Both the position numbers and the translations under genes were made by a program. Under the pieces are notes generated by a model. The model saw only the letters and a list, made by a program, of their open reading frames with translations, was not told where the DNA came from and searched no databases. From Treponema sp. (GTDB lineage Bacteria; Spirochaetota; Spirochaetia; Treponematales; Treponemataceae), in assembly GCA_024697295.1 (NCBI GenBank), contig JAILFZ010000084.1:1-60827 (forward strand): a DNA stretch of 60,827 nucleotides, in the 5' to 3' direction. This document shows positions 8,664 to 18,862 of this stretch, piece by piece. Numbering within the stretch: position 1 is the stretch's first letter; every line of letters starts with the position of its first letter.

Positions 8664-9410
8664 TTAAGCCGACTTCTTAAAAATTCTATACCACACCAGT
8701 AACAGTATATATCGAATGAATGGAAATACAAGAAATAATTTGAGAGGGTTTCTGACGATTTCTGACCAGATTTCGAGTCCTTTGTCAAAAGTCTTTTCAC
8801 TTACGCGTTTGATTCGTTCTGAAAAGATTCCGACAGCTTCACGGTAATAAAGGAAGATACTCTGAGAAAAATTGTTGCGGCGGACATACGGCCAGAGATT
8901 CTTTTCTTTAATGCCTTCGCTCAAAAGGACAAGGGAAGGAGAAGCCTTGTAAATTGCCTGTACAATGTCCGGTTCAATTGAACGAGGATAATAACCGACA
9001 TAGCGTCCGACTATTGCCAGGTTGGGGAAGGTTTCGCGGACGTTTCTTTCTGCCTGCATGAGCGACTTTTTGTGACCGCCCAGAAGGTAGAGGGATTTAT
9101 AATGGCTTTCCATAATGGAAAGAATATTGATTACGGCGTTAAAAGGATTGTAGCGGACAGGTACGCTTTTTTTGAGGAATTTTGCGCCCCAGATAATCGA
9201 TTTTGAAACCGGAAGAATCAAGTCCGCAGCATTCAGACACTGGCAAAAATCTTTTTTCTGATTACGGCCTTTTAAAAGATCCCAGATGGAAAGAAAAATA
9301 ATCTGTTTTGTGCCGGGTTTTGAAATGATTTCCAGAATTACGTTTTCCAGATCTTCGCTGTTGCATACATCAACAGGAACACCAAGCAATTTTATTCTTT
9401 CGATTGCCAT
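8664..9410 (-). CDS. WecB/TagA/CpsF family glycosyltransferase
   Basis: ERIKLLGVPVD, LNAADLILP, LYLLGG and FPNLAIVGRYVGYY. Start ATG 9410 overlaps the rsmE end. Confidence 0.82.
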   Translation of the reverse strand: MAIERIKLLGVPVDVCNSEDLENVILEIISKPGTKQIIFLSIWDLLKGRNQKKDFCQCLNAADLILPVSKSIIWGAKFLKKSVPVRYNPFNAVINILSIMESHYKSLYLLGGHKKSLMQAERNVRETFPNLAIVGRYVGYYPRSIEPDIVQAIYKASPSLVLLSEGIKEKNLWPYVRRNNFSQSIFLYYREAVGIFSERIKRVSEKTFDKGLEIWSEIVRNPLKLFLVFPFIRYILLLVWYRIFKKSA

Positions 9411-10189
9411 AAATTTTTCTCCAGAACCGCACTTTGTACAGCGGCAATGCCGTACAGGGCAGCGGTTTCGCACCTCAAAATATTAGTATCAAAATGAACG
9501 GGTGTAAATCCGCCATTCTGTAAAAGTTCAATTTCGCGTGGACTGATTCCACCTTCTGCACCACAAACTATAGCGCATTTTTTAATTTGTTCAAACTGAC
9601 CGAAAACTTTATGAACAGCAATTGTTTTTTCCGAGCGCTCGTACAAAACACAGCCCATTACCGCCCCGGACCCTTCCTTACAGATATTCTTCCAGTGTTC
9701 AATAGCGCCTTCAAGCGACATTGTTGTTTCAATTCCAGTGTTTACGGGACTTCCGCTCTGCTGACGCGCCTCTTTAATGATTCTCTCATAGCGCTCTGAC
9801 TTAAAGTTTTTTTCTGCCGCCCCCGCCTGACAGAATTCTCCGCTTACCGGAATTATCGCTCTCACACCGCACTCAGTCGCCTGCCGGATAATCAAATCCA
9901 TTTTCTGGCCCTTTGCCACAAACTGAAAAAGGTAAAATTCGCAGGCCTGTGTAAAGGAACTCTGGTTTTCTGTTGAATCTATTGTGTCGCAGAGCTGCAA
10001 AGTTACGCTGTGCTTTTTGTCGTCGATTTTACAGACAGTTGTGTTTACGAGTTGTCCGTCCGGAATTCTTACGCTCAGCATATCGCCGATATTTAAACGC
10101 AGAACCTGTCTGAAGTATCGAAAATCTTTTCCTTCTACAACAATCAATCCGTTTTTATCCGGATTTCTGGACGAAACAAACTGCCTCAT
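9392..10189 (-). CDS. rsmE: 16S rRNA m3U1498 methyltransferase
   Basis: YFRQVLRL, KMDLIIRQATECGV, EARQQS, GAEGGIS and ILRCETA motifs. Confidence 0.92.
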   Translation of the reverse strand: MRQFVSSRNPDKNGLIVVEGKDFRYFRQVLRLNIGDMLSVRIPDGQLVNTTVCKIDDKKHSVTLQLCDTIDSTENQSSFTQACEFYLFQFVAKGQKMDLIIRQATECGVRAIIPVSGEFCQAGAAEKNFKSERYERIIKEARQQSGSPVNTGIETTMSLEGAIEHWKNICKEGSGAVMGCVLYERSEKTIAVHKVFGQFEQIKKCAIVCGAEGGISPREIELLQNGGFTPVHFDTNILRCETAALYGIAAVQSAVLEKNLWQSKE

Positions 10190-11682
10190 TATTTTTTAGC
10201 GGTTTCTTTTTCCTGGGCGGCGGCTTCTTCCTGCAGTTCTTTCAAAGTCTTGGTTGAACGAACAAGCGTTTCAAAGTTTTCGTTTTCAAGAATATCGATG
10301 GCCGCATTCAACTGAACGTCATAATCAAGGTCGTACAATGGAGTACCCTTTGTGCGGTTTACTTCGTTACGAATCAGTTTTCTCAAACTTGCAAGGTCGA
10401 TTTCCGTATATTTTGTCTTGAGGGTCTTTGCATAAGAGGCGATTGCCTTTTCGCTCATCTGGCCCAGTGCTTCAACATGATTTTTGATTTCGTCGCTCTT
10501 AAAGAGTTCAATATACTGCTTTTCGCCTTCTTCGCTCAAAGCAGGGAATAAAACTTCTCTATCCGGCGGAATTCCAATCTTGTCGATATTTGTGTCACTT
10601 GGTGTGTAGTAACGTGCCATTGTGATTTTTACGCCGTCAGTTGCCGACAGCGGAAGCACCTGCTGCACGGAACCTTTTCCGTAAGTGCGCTGACCAACAA
10701 GGTATGCAAGGTGGTTGTCTTTGAGCGCACCGCTGAGGATTTCAGAAGCCGAAGCAGAACCTTTGTTGATAAGAACCACGATTGGAGTTCCTTTTTTGAA
10801 GGTTGTCTTTCTCGGACTTGCAGTAAATACAGAGTTTTCAAACGAGATACGGCTTTTAGTAGAAACAATTGGTCCGTTATCAATAAATTTATCTGCCACA
10901 TCAGCAACTGAATTCAACAGTCCGCCCGGATTGTTACGAACGTCGATAATGAGTGACGAGATTTTTTCGTTTTTAAATGAATCAAGTGCCTGCTGAACCT
11001 TGTCTGCCGTCAGCGGTGTAAATTCAATAATTCGGATAAAGCCAACCGTATTGTTTTTAGCAGTTTTAATTGTGCCAAACTTAACGGTCGGAACTTCAAT
11101 TACAGCTCTTACGAGGGTAACCGGGAATTCCATGTTCTTTCCGCGGCGGATGACTACGTTTACGCTTTCGCCAACCTTTCCGCGCAGCATCCCGAGCACT
11201 TCTTCCATTGTGATGGTCGAAGTATCAGTTCCATTTACAGAAATGATAAGGTCGCCTGCCTGGATTCCAGCCCTAAAGCCGGGGGTGTCTTCTACCGGAG
11301 AAGCAACTTCGACATAAGCAGGTTTTTCCGGAGTTGATTCTGCAGGCTTAGAAATTGTCAAACCTACACCACCAAACTTTCCTTCGGTTGTATCGCTCAA
11401 GTCCCTGAAATAAGAACTGTCGAGGTAAAGCGTATACGGATCGTTTAAGGCTTCGAGCATGCCTTTGAGCGCGCCTCTGTACAAAACCGCCGGGTCAACT
11501 TCGTCAACGTAATTACGCTGTACAAAATCAAAAACTCCGTTCATAAGTTCCATGTATTGTCTTGCTTCCTTGCTTGAAGCATCGGAAGTTGAACTGTTGG
11601 ACTGAGCAAAACACTGTGACGCAAAAATGGTCAGACAAAAAACAGAAAATGCCAGATATAAGGCGCGACTAATCTTTTTCAT
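10189..11682 (-). CDS. ctpA: C-terminal processing peptidase, S41A family
   Basis: Signal peptide, PDZ domain, DVRNNPGGLL, SASASEI and TYGKGSVQ. Confidence 0.93.
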   Translation of the reverse strand: MKKISRALYLAFSVFCLTIFASQCFAQSNSSTSDASSKEARQYMELMNGVFDFVQRNYVDEVDPAVLYRGALKGMLEALNDPYTLYLDSSYFRDLSDTTEGKFGGVGLTISKPAESTPEKPAYVEVASPVEDTPGFRAGIQAGDLIISVNGTDTSTITMEEVLGMLRGKVGESVNVVIRRGKNMEFPVTLVRAVIEVPTVKFGTIKTAKNNTVGFIRIIEFTPLTADKVQQALDSFKNEKISSLIIDVRNNPGGLLNSVADVADKFIDNGPIVSTKSRISFENSVFTASPRKTTFKKGTPIVVLINKGSASASEILSGALKDNHLAYLVGQRTYGKGSVQQVLPLSATDGVKITMARYYTPSDTNIDKIGIPPDREVLFPALSEEGEKQYIELFKSDEIKNHVEALGQMSEKAIASYAKTLKTKYTEIDLASLRKLIRNEVNRTKGTPLYDLDYDVQLNAAIDILENENFETLVRSTKTLKELQEEAAAQEKETAKK

Positions 11683-11748
11683 ATTATATTTATTTTATGG
11701 TTCAATTCGTACTTGGTCAATCGCTCTCTTTCGTGCTATACTTTGATA

Positions 11749-12891
11749 ATGCAGATAATACCTATAGCCAGCGGTAAAGGCGGCGTTGGAAAAAGTCTTC
11801 TTTCCGCTAACCTCGCAATAACTTTAGGACAAGCAGGAAAAAAAGTTGTTCTTGCTGATTTAGATTTGGGGGCTTCGAACCTCCACCTTGTAATCGGACA
11901 AAGCTCACCAAAAAAAGGAATCGGGACCTTTCTGACAGGCGAAAGTTCCTTCGAAGAAATCATTCAGCCGACTGAGTACGAAAACGTTTCTTTCATTGCC
12001 GGAGATTCCGAAATTCCGGGCTTAAGTTCGCTCAAAATCTTCCAGAAAAACAATCTGATTAAAAAGTTCCAGTCACTCGACTGCGACTATCTTATTATAG
12101 ACCTCGGTGCCGGAACACACCTTACAATTCTTGATCTGTTCCTACTGTCTCCGCAGGGAATCGTTGTGACAGCTCCGACAGTTACCGCCACATTGAACGG
12201 TTATCTTTTCCTCAAAAACGCAGTATTCCGGCTGATGGCAAGTTCATTCAAAAAGAACAGCCCGGCCGCACAATACATGAAAAAGCTCAAGGGCGATTCT
12301 GCATCCCTTCAGCGCTTATACATTCCAAAACTTATCGAAGCTATCCGCGAAATTGACCCGGAAAGCGCACAGATTTTCTCTGAACGCATGAGCCAGTTCC
12401 ATCCGCGCCTCGTAATGAATATGATTGACGAACCGAAGGACGCTGACAAGGCGCTCAAAATCCGCCGTTCATGCCAGCAATATCTTGGTCTTGATGTTGA
12501 ATCTCTTGGTGTAATGTACCGCGACTCACTTCAGGATAAGGCACTTTCATCACGCCTGCCTGTTATCATTTACAAACCGAATGCAGTAATCTCTCAGGCA
12601 ATTTACCGTATCGCAGAAAAGGTTCTCCAGAGCGAAACGCTTCAGTTTGAAGGAACTTTTGAAGACATTGATACAGACGCTTCATACGAACTTGCAACAG
12701 AAGAGGCAAACGACGATTTTTCTCAGAAGATGTCCTATGTTGAAGACCTCGTTGGAACCGGCGCCCTCAGCATGGGTGAACTTGCAGAAACAATCAAAAC
12801 CCAGGCTTACGAAATTACCCAGTTGAGAAACGAAAACCTGCTTTTAAAGAGCAAGCTTGTAAAAGCCGCCCAGCAGGGATTCAAATTATAG
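11749..12891 (+). CDS. MinD/FlhG(YlxH)-family P-loop ATPase with C-terminal extension
   Basis: IASGKGGVGKS, DLDLGASNLH and IIDLGAG. C-terminal acidic and coiled-coil tail. Start ATG 11749. Confidence 0.88.
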   Translation: MQIIPIASGKGGVGKSLLSANLAITLGQAGKKVVLADLDLGASNLHLVIGQSSPKKGIGTFLTGESSFEEIIQPTEYENVSFIAGDSEIPGLSSLKIFQKNNLIKKFQSLDCDYLIIDLGAGTHLTILDLFLLSPQGIVVTAPTVTATLNGYLFLKNAVFRLMASSFKKNSPAAQYMKKLKGDSASLQRLYIPKLIEAIREIDPESAQIFSERMSQFHPRLVMNMIDEPKDADKALKIRRSCQQYLGLDVESLGVMYRDSLQDKALSSRLPVIIYKPNAVISQAIYRIAEKVLQSETLQFEGTFEDIDTDASYELATEEANDDFSQKMSYVEDLVGTGALSMGELAETIKTQAYEITQLRNENLLLKSKLVKAAQQGFKL

Positions 12892-12915
12892 AATTAAAAA
12901 AAGGACTAAAAAAAA

Positions 12916-13899
12916 ATGAATTTTTTGCCGCTATACATTAACTATCCTTCATGGATTCATCCCGAAATTTTTCCGGGAGTACCGGTGCTCGGTTTAATCC
13001 GCTGGTACGGACTTATGTATATTTTTGCCTTTGGAACTGCGTTCTTTGTGCTTAAAAAACTTCTCAAAGAAGGTGCACTTGATACACCCGGCTACAAGGC
13101 AACAGAAGATGACATTTTTAGTTTTATTGCGACAGGCATCGTTTTTCTTTTAATCGGCGCCCGCATTTTTTCTACCCTCGTTTACGATACTTCAGGAGTT
13201 TATTATAAAAAACCATGGCTTATTTTCTGGCCGTTCAATGATAAGGGGCAGTTTACAGGTCTTGCCGGAATGAGTTATCACGGCGGTTTTATCGGCGGTT
13301 TTATCGGAATGATTGTCTGGTGCGTACGCCATAAAAAACCAATCCTCAAATGGGTAGACGCAATGGCAACCGCAATTCCTGCAGGATACACATTCGGCCG
13401 CCTCGGAAACTACCTCAACGGAGAACTTTACGGCCGCATCACCACAATGCCGTGGGGAACCGTTTTTCCAGGTGCTGAACGCTTTTCTGCTTCAATTGCG
13501 TGGGTACAGAACTTTGCACAAAAGTGCGGAATGGAACTCAACGGCGCACTCATCAATTTGCCGCGCCATCCGAGCCAGCTCTACGAAGCTCTTTTTGAAG
13601 GACTGTTTTTATTTTTGCTTATCTGGTTACTTCACAAAAAAAAGCCGTTCGAGGGATTTTCAAGTTCACTTTATATCACAGGCTACGGAATTTTCAGATT
13701 CTTTATTGAATACTTCAGAGAGCCGGACGCAGATATCGGTTACCGCATCTCAGCAGACCCGTCGGCACCGCTCTACATGAACACTTCGCTGTTCAACCTT
13801 TCTACAGGCCAGATACTCTGCTTTCTGATGATTGCAGGCGGCATAACACTTGGTATTGTGTCTTATTTAAAATCCAGGAAAGAAAAACCGGGTAATTAA
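12916..13899 (+). CDS. lgt: Prolipoprotein diacylglyceryl transferase
   Basis: IRWYGLMY, GMSYHGG, GRLGNYLNGELYGR, RHPSQLYE and EYFREPD. Confidence 0.96.
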   Translation: MNFLPLYINYPSWIHPEIFPGVPVLGLIRWYGLMYIFAFGTAFFVLKKLLKEGALDTPGYKATEDDIFSFIATGIVFLLIGARIFSTLVYDTSGVYYKKPWLIFWPFNDKGQFTGLAGMSYHGGFIGGFIGMIVWCVRHKKPILKWVDAMATAIPAGYTFGRLGNYLNGELYGRITTMPWGTVFPGAERFSASIAWVQNFAQKCGMELNGALINLPRHPSQLYEALFEGLFLFLLIWLLHKKKPFEGFSSSLYITGYGIFRFFIEYFREPDADIGYRISADPSAPLYMNTSLFNLSTGQILCFLMIAGGITLGIVSYLKSRKEKPGN

Positions 13900-13938
13900 A
13901 AAAGGATTACCTGACATAGTTTTTCATCTATCATCAAT

Positions 13939-13975
13939 AAAAAAACTGCCGTAACTAAGTTACGGCAGTTTTTTT
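13939..13975. terminator. Bidirectional intrinsic terminator between convergent lgt and tkt
   Basis: Perfect palindrome A7-CTGCCGTAACT-A-AGTTACGGCAG-T7. Confidence 0.92.
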
Positions 13976-13993
13976 CATTATAAAAGCTAAAAA

Positions 13994-15961
13994 TTAACCT
14001 ATTAATTCAGCAAGTTTGTCTGCTGTAAAGCCTAAGGCTTCTGCAATTTTCTTGCCAGGTCCGCTTTCGCCAAAACGGTCGATTGTAAACAAATCTTTTT
14101 TGTCGTTAACGTAGCTTTCCCAGCCGGTTGAACAACCTGCTTCTGTAACAACAACACGTTTTGCCCCGCCAAGGATGCCGGCCTTAAAGGCGTCGTCCTG
14201 AGCTTCGAAAAGTTTTTTGTCCATTACACTTACAACGCGAACGGCTTTTCCGCTTACCTTTGCAGCAGCTTCAAGAGCCATGCAAACTTCACTGCCAGTA
14301 GCTACGATTGTTACATCAGGAGTATCGCTTCCCTTTTTAACAATGTAAGCACCCTGTTTGACAGTAGTTTTCCAGTTTGAGTCCTCTTTTGCATATACAG
14401 GAACATTCTGTCTTGTAAGAGCCAGAACAACCGGATGATCTTTGCTTTCCATAGCCATGTGCCATGCGCTAACAGTTTCTTCAGCATCGCCCGGTCTCAA
14501 AACCTGTACGCCCGGAATAGCACGCAGAGAAGCGAGCTGTTCGATCGGCTGGTGAGTTGGACCGTCTTCGCCGAGGTAAATTGAGTCATGAGTTAAGTCA
14601 TAGATTACAGGCTGCTTCATGATAGAAGCGAGACGAATTGATGGTCTCATGTAATCACTGAATACGAGGTATGTTGCAACGAATGGACGGATTCCTCCGT
14701 GGAGGCTCATTCCGGCAGCTTCGCTTGCCATTCCAAACTCGCGGATACCGTATTCAATTGAACGGCCTGCTCTATTTGAAGGTGTATAAGTTCCACCATC
14801 GCACTTCATTCCTGATTTGTTTGAACCTTTAAGGTCAGCACTTCCGCCAACAAGATATGAGTGGCTCAAGCCCATTGTATTGATCATGTCGCCGCTTGCA
14901 GAACGGGTTGCAACTGAAGCTCCGATTTCGTAAGCCGGGTCAGCGGCAGAAGCAGTTTCTGTTCCTTCGTAAGAAGCCTTCCACTGTTTTGCAAGTTCAG
15001 GATTTTCATCTGCCCACGCTTTGAATTCTTTGTTCCAGTCGTCTTCGTTTTTGGCAAAGACAGCCTTCTTTTCGTTAAAGTAGCGCAATGCATCAGGATC
15101 AACATAGAAGAATTCTTCAGGGCTGATTCCGAGAGCCTTCTTTGTAAGTGCTACATCGTTGTCGCCGAGAGGTTCGCCGTGTACAGCAGGGGTCCCCTGT
15201 TTTGGAGCAAACTTACCGATAACTGACTTGAGCATAATCAAAGTCGGTTTGTCAGAGCATTTTTTAGCCTTTTCAACAAGTTTTACAAGGCCCTTCACAT
15301 TGTACATGTCGCCTTTCAAAACCTGCCAGCCGTATGCTTCGTAGCGTTTTCCAATATCTTCTGTAAAGGTAATATCAGTTGACCCGTCAATGGAAATTTT
15401 ATTCTGATCGTAGAATACAATCAGTTTGCCAAGTTTGTTGTGTCCTGCAAAAGAACTTGCTTCAGAAGAAACACCTTCTTCAAGACAACCTTCACCAACA
15501 AGAGCATATGTGTAGTGATCTACGATTTTGTGATTCTTAGTATTATATTTTGCAGCCAGGTGCGATTCTGCGAGAGCCATACCAACAGCAAGTGCAATAC
15601 CCTGACCAAGAGGGCCACTTGTGTTTTCTACACCGTCTGTGTAGCCGTATTCCGGGTGTCCCGGGCAGGCTGAACCAATCTGGCGGAAGTTTTTGATGTC
15701 TTCCATAGTAATTTTGTAGCCGCTCAAATACAGGATTGAATAAAGCAGCATAGAGCCATGTCCTGCCGATAAAACAAAGCGATCACGATCAGCCCACTTT
15801 GAATCAGCCGGATTGTGCTTGAGGATTTCTCCGTACAAAACAGCAGCAAGTTCTGCACATCCAAGCGGGAGTCCAGGATGACCTGATTTTGCTTTCTGGA
15901 TAGCATCGATTGACAAACTGCGAATTGATTTTGCAACGGCAGCAATACCTTTTGTGTCCAT
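13994..15961 (-). CDS. tkt: Transketolase
   Basis: SGHPGLPLG, DRFVLSAGHGS, GPLGQG, YGIREFGM and HDSIYLGEDGPTHQP. Confidence 0.97.
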   Translation of the reverse strand: MDTKGIAAVAKSIRSLSIDAIQKAKSGHPGLPLGCAELAAVLYGEILKHNPADSKWADRDRFVLSAGHGSMLLYSILYLSGYKITMEDIKNFRQIGSACPGHPEYGYTDGVENTSGPLGQGIALAVGMALAESHLAAKYNTKNHKIVDHYTYALVGEGCLEEGVSSEASSFAGHNKLGKLIVFYDQNKISIDGSTDITFTEDIGKRYEAYGWQVLKGDMYNVKGLVKLVEKAKKCSDKPTLIMLKSVIGKFAPKQGTPAVHGEPLGDNDVALTKKALGISPEEFFYVDPDALRYFNEKKAVFAKNEDDWNKEFKAWADENPELAKQWKASYEGTETASAADPAYEIGASVATRSASGDMINTMGLSHSYLVGGSADLKGSNKSGMKCDGGTYTPSNRAGRSIEYGIREFGMASEAAGMSLHGGIRPFVATYLVFSDYMRPSIRLASIMKQPVIYDLTHDSIYLGEDGPTHQPIEQLASLRAIPGVQVLRPGDAEETVSAWHMAMESKDHPVVLALTRQNVPVYAKEDSNWKTTVKQGAYIVKKGSDTPDVTIVATGSEVCMALEAAAKVSGKAVRVVSVMDKKLFEAQDDAFKAGILGGAKRVVVTEAGCSTGWESYVNDKKDLFTIDRFGESGPGKKIAEALGFTADKLAELIG

Positions 15962-15997
15962 AAAATAACCCCTTAAAAAATATTTATGACTAAAAAC

Positions 15998-16459
15998 CTA
16001 GAATTGGCGTGTCAACGGAAAGATGACGTCAAAATCCTGTCTGGTTTCCAGTGCATTTTTAAACTGTGGATTTTGTAAAAGTCGTGCCAGGCGCGAAATA
16101 ATATGCAGATGTGCCTGTACACTACAGCTCAGAGGAATAATCATTGTAGAAACCCTTTTGCTGTCCATTGCCTGCATATCAATCGGATCTTTTAAGTAGC
16201 AGATATAAATTCTCTGGTCTTCAACACGCTTTACAAGTGGCTGCTGTGAGTGTGGAATTGCAAAACCTTTTCCAACAGCAGTGCTCAAAACGCTTTCTCT
16301 CTGACAGAGAGCATCATATAAATGTCTTGGTGATAATCCTTGAGGAAGGCTGATTGTTTTGCAGATTGAATCAAAGCACTCTAAAGCAGTTGCGCCGCCA
16401 ATGTCTTTGTAAATGCCACCGAGTCTTAAAAACTCACCGATATTTACATCTGGAATCAT
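15998..16459 (-). CDS. PTS IIA domain protein (PtsN/Ntr-like)
   Basis: RESVLSTAVGKGFAIPH phospho-His motif and HLHIISRLARLL. Start ATG 16459 after GGAGG. Confidence 0.88.
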   Translation of the reverse strand: MIPDVNIGEFLRLGGIYKDIGGATALECFDSICKTISLPQGLSPRHLYDALCQRESVLSTAVGKGFAIPHSQQPLVKRVEDQRIYICYLKDPIDMQAMDSKRVSTMIIPLSCSVQAHLHIISRLARLLQNPQFKNALETRQDFDVIFPLTRQF

Positions 16460-16494
16460 TGTAATCCTCCGCAAAATTAGCGAACAGTCTCTGA

Positions 16495-17961
16495 TCAGAT
16501 AACTTTGAATCTTTTAGCAAGAGATCTGTCAACAGCTGATTTTAAGCGGGTTCTGATGTCTTCAAAATTATATTCCATACCTTCGAGCGAAAGTTTAATT
16601 GCAGTTTTTTCTTCATCTGCACATTCCTTTTCACCGGCAAGCATTTCGAGCATCCTTGTAATGTGAGCAAACAACTGTGACAGGGTTACAAGTTCCTGCT
16701 GGGGGAACTTAACTATTTCTTTACCTGCACAATCTACTTCGTAAACAAGGTCGCCTACTCTTGAATACAAACTCAATGCATCATGTCTGATTGAACCCAT
16801 CGCAAAATCAGCAAATCTGTTGTATTTGTTACGGATTATAGCATTTCGCCGCATAATATGCAATGTAAAGTCAGCCCTCTCTTTTTCTGTCAGTTGAATT
16901 GAACTCGGTATCATTGCTTCGCATAATGAATCCAGATCATCTTTTTTTTCATACAACTGATCTTTAATAAAGCAGTCAATTATATACTCAGGCATTCCGC
17001 TGAATCTTGCGGGAGCAAAATCATCTTTATCAGAACTTCCGTGGAAAAGCGTGTCCATATTCCACTTGCCTACCGCAGGAACATCTTCGTTCTTTTTCCA
17101 GAGTCGAGTTTCTACGCCAAAAAGTTCCATACCAACGCGCGTGGCCTTGTCCAGAAATTCATGAAGAGAGCCGCATTCAGGTGAGCATAACTCGCGCCGG
17201 TTTTCGTAAAAAGCAAAACCAAGCTGCTGTTCCATTGAATTACACGGTCCCATCTTGTCAAAGCTTAAAAGAAGTGCGTCTTCAAGTTTTTTACACCACT
17301 TTTCGCGTTCAGAAATTTCTGCGGCACGGATAAATGGGTTTTTGTTATGTTCAGTTTCCGGGAAGAGTTCTATAATGCCTCTGTCCCAGTTGTTTACACG
17401 GCAGAGAATTCGATCCCCTTTCTTAAAGTCAAAATCTTCCATTACGCGCTCAAGAGAAACTGCCGTTAGCCTTAATTTTGGCGGAAGTTCAAAACCGTTG
17501 TTTGCAAGGTTTAAATCAGCATTTATAGGATCTGCTCCGATGTACTGGCTTGCGTATTCGTCCCCGTAGAAAGTAAAAAGGTCGCGGGCGGTGTTACAGT
17601 CAGTTTCAAATGTCGTCTTCGGAAGAATTTTACCCGCATACTCAAAATTAAGGCTGCAGGAAAGCATTTCGCCGTCCACAAACGGCATGCATCTGTCGCC
17701 CGGTACAAAAACTTTCTGGTCAAGTTCCTGCTGAGTCGGAACAAAACTAAAGAACATTCCGGTAAATGCACCGGCCTGAGTTATAAAATGATTGCCTTCA
17801 AGGGCAAACACTCTTTCGTCCATATGAAGAAAATCCGTCAATTCATTCTTTTCAACTTTTTTGCCGCAGGTTTTCATCAACTGGGCCAAATCGTTGACGG
17901 TAAAGGGAGAAGTATAATTTCTTAAAAATCTTTCGAGCAGAGATTCTAAACTCAGGTTCAT
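16495..17961 (-). CDS. Hypothetical soluble protein, 488 aa
   Basis: Long open frame with normal composition. No recognisable catalytic motif. The N-terminus looks winged-helix-like. Confidence 0.75.
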   Translation of the reverse strand: MNLSLESLLERFLRNYTSPFTVNDLAQLMKTCGKKVEKNELTDFLHMDERVFALEGNHFITQAGAFTGMFFSFVPTQQELDQKVFVPGDRCMPFVDGEMLSCSLNFEYAGKILPKTTFETDCNTARDLFTFYGDEYASQYIGADPINADLNLANNGFELPPKLRLTAVSLERVMEDFDFKKGDRILCRVNNWDRGIIELFPETEHNKNPFIRAAEISEREKWCKKLEDALLLSFDKMGPCNSMEQQLGFAFYENRRELCSPECGSLHEFLDKATRVGMELFGVETRLWKKNEDVPAVGKWNMDTLFHGSSDKDDFAPARFSGMPEYIIDCFIKDQLYEKKDDLDSLCEAMIPSSIQLTEKERADFTLHIMRRNAIIRNKYNRFADFAMGSIRHDALSLYSRVGDLVYEVDCAGKEIVKFPQQELVTLSQLFAHITRMLEMLAGEKECADEEKTAIKLSLEGMEYNFEDIRTRLKSAVDRSLAKRFKVI

Positions 17962-18001
17962 ATATATAATTTAATATAGGAAATTGCTGGAGTCCATTAA
18001 A

Positions 18002-18649
18002 TTATTTAGTTTCGCGGATGTCGAGAATTTTTACGCTGCAGCCGCTCAGGATAGATTCAACTTCTTTGAGCGAAATATTACCTACCTTGATTGTTACGTT
18101 GCGTTTAGAAACATCGATTCCGTCGGTAGTTACCGTAGAAACGATATTTCCGTTCTTTTCAGCAAGTGCCTGGGTAATGCGTGCAAGTTCACCAGGTTTT
18201 TCGAGAGCTTCAAGTGTTACGCGTACGCCCGGATGACGTGCTCCAAACATATTGACAAAAGCGTTAAAAATATCTGTTTCAGTGATAATTCCGCTCAAAA
18301 TGCCTTCGCACAGGACAGGAAGACAACCGATTTTTTTATCTGCCATAATACGGGCAGCTTCTTCGATTACCTCATCACAGTCAACAGTTACAACATTTTT
18401 AACCATAACCTTTTCAACCTTGAGTTTAGACAAAAGGTATCCAAGTTCATAAATATCAAGAGTAGAAGCGCTTGATGGATCTGCTTTCTGAAGGTCATTC
18501 TTTGTTACGATTCCAACAAGACGATTTGATTTATCAAGAACAGGCAGCTTATTGATTTTTTCTTTGTTCATAAGAGCCTTTGCGTCAGTTACAGAAGTGT
18601 CCGGTCCTACATAAATAGGATTTTTAGTCATAATATCACATACTTTCAT
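18002..18649 (-). CDS. CBS-pair plus ACT domain protein (AcuB-like)
   Basis: Two CBS repeats ([31 protein letters not shown]) and [12 protein letters not shown]. Start ATG 18649 after AAGGAG. Confidence 0.9.
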   Translation of the reverse strand: MKVCDIMTKNPIYVGPDTSVTDAKALMNKEKINKLPVLDKSNRLVGIVTKNDLQKADPSSASTLDIYELGYLLSKLKVEKVMVKNVVTVDCDEVIEEAARIMADKKIGCLPVLCEGILSGIITETDIFNAFVNMFGARHPGVRVTLEALEKPGELARITQALAEKNGNIVSTVTTDGIDVSKRNVTIKVGNISLKEVESILSGCSVKILDIRETK

Positions 18650-18662
18650 ATCAATTCTCCTT

Positions 18663-18842
18663 ATAAACACCGCGTTAGCGGCGCTGCACGGATGCCATGC
18701 ATAAATGCATGGAATCGCAGTTTTGCCAGCGGCAAAATTTGCCAGTGATAAAAATTACACGGATGCTCCTGTGCGCAAGCACAAAGTTTTATAATTTCCT
18801 ATATGCAAACGACACGAAGTGGCGTACGTAATTTTTATCACG
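18663..18842. mobile_element. Putative MITE/REP-like palindromic insertion in a 5' UTR
   Basis: Flanked by direct repeat TCTCCTT (18656-62, 18843-49). Internal 14-bp inverted repeat 18745-58/18828-41, several short hairpins, and direct repeat CACGGATGC. Confidence 0.45.
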
Positions 18843-18862
18843 TCTCCTTTTAAACTCTTTAT

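Noticed and set aside
13268-13307. Tandem repeat TATCACGGCGGTTTTATCGGCGGTTTTATCGG
   Set aside because: It encodes the normal Lgt HGGFIGGFIG motif.
18755-18841. 28-aa uORF (MIKITYATSCRLHIGNYKTLCLRTGASV) as a branched-chain amino acid leader peptide
   Set aside because: The SD is only 2 nt from the GTG, there is no run of Leu/Ile/Val codons and no clear terminator. It is better explained by the inserted element.
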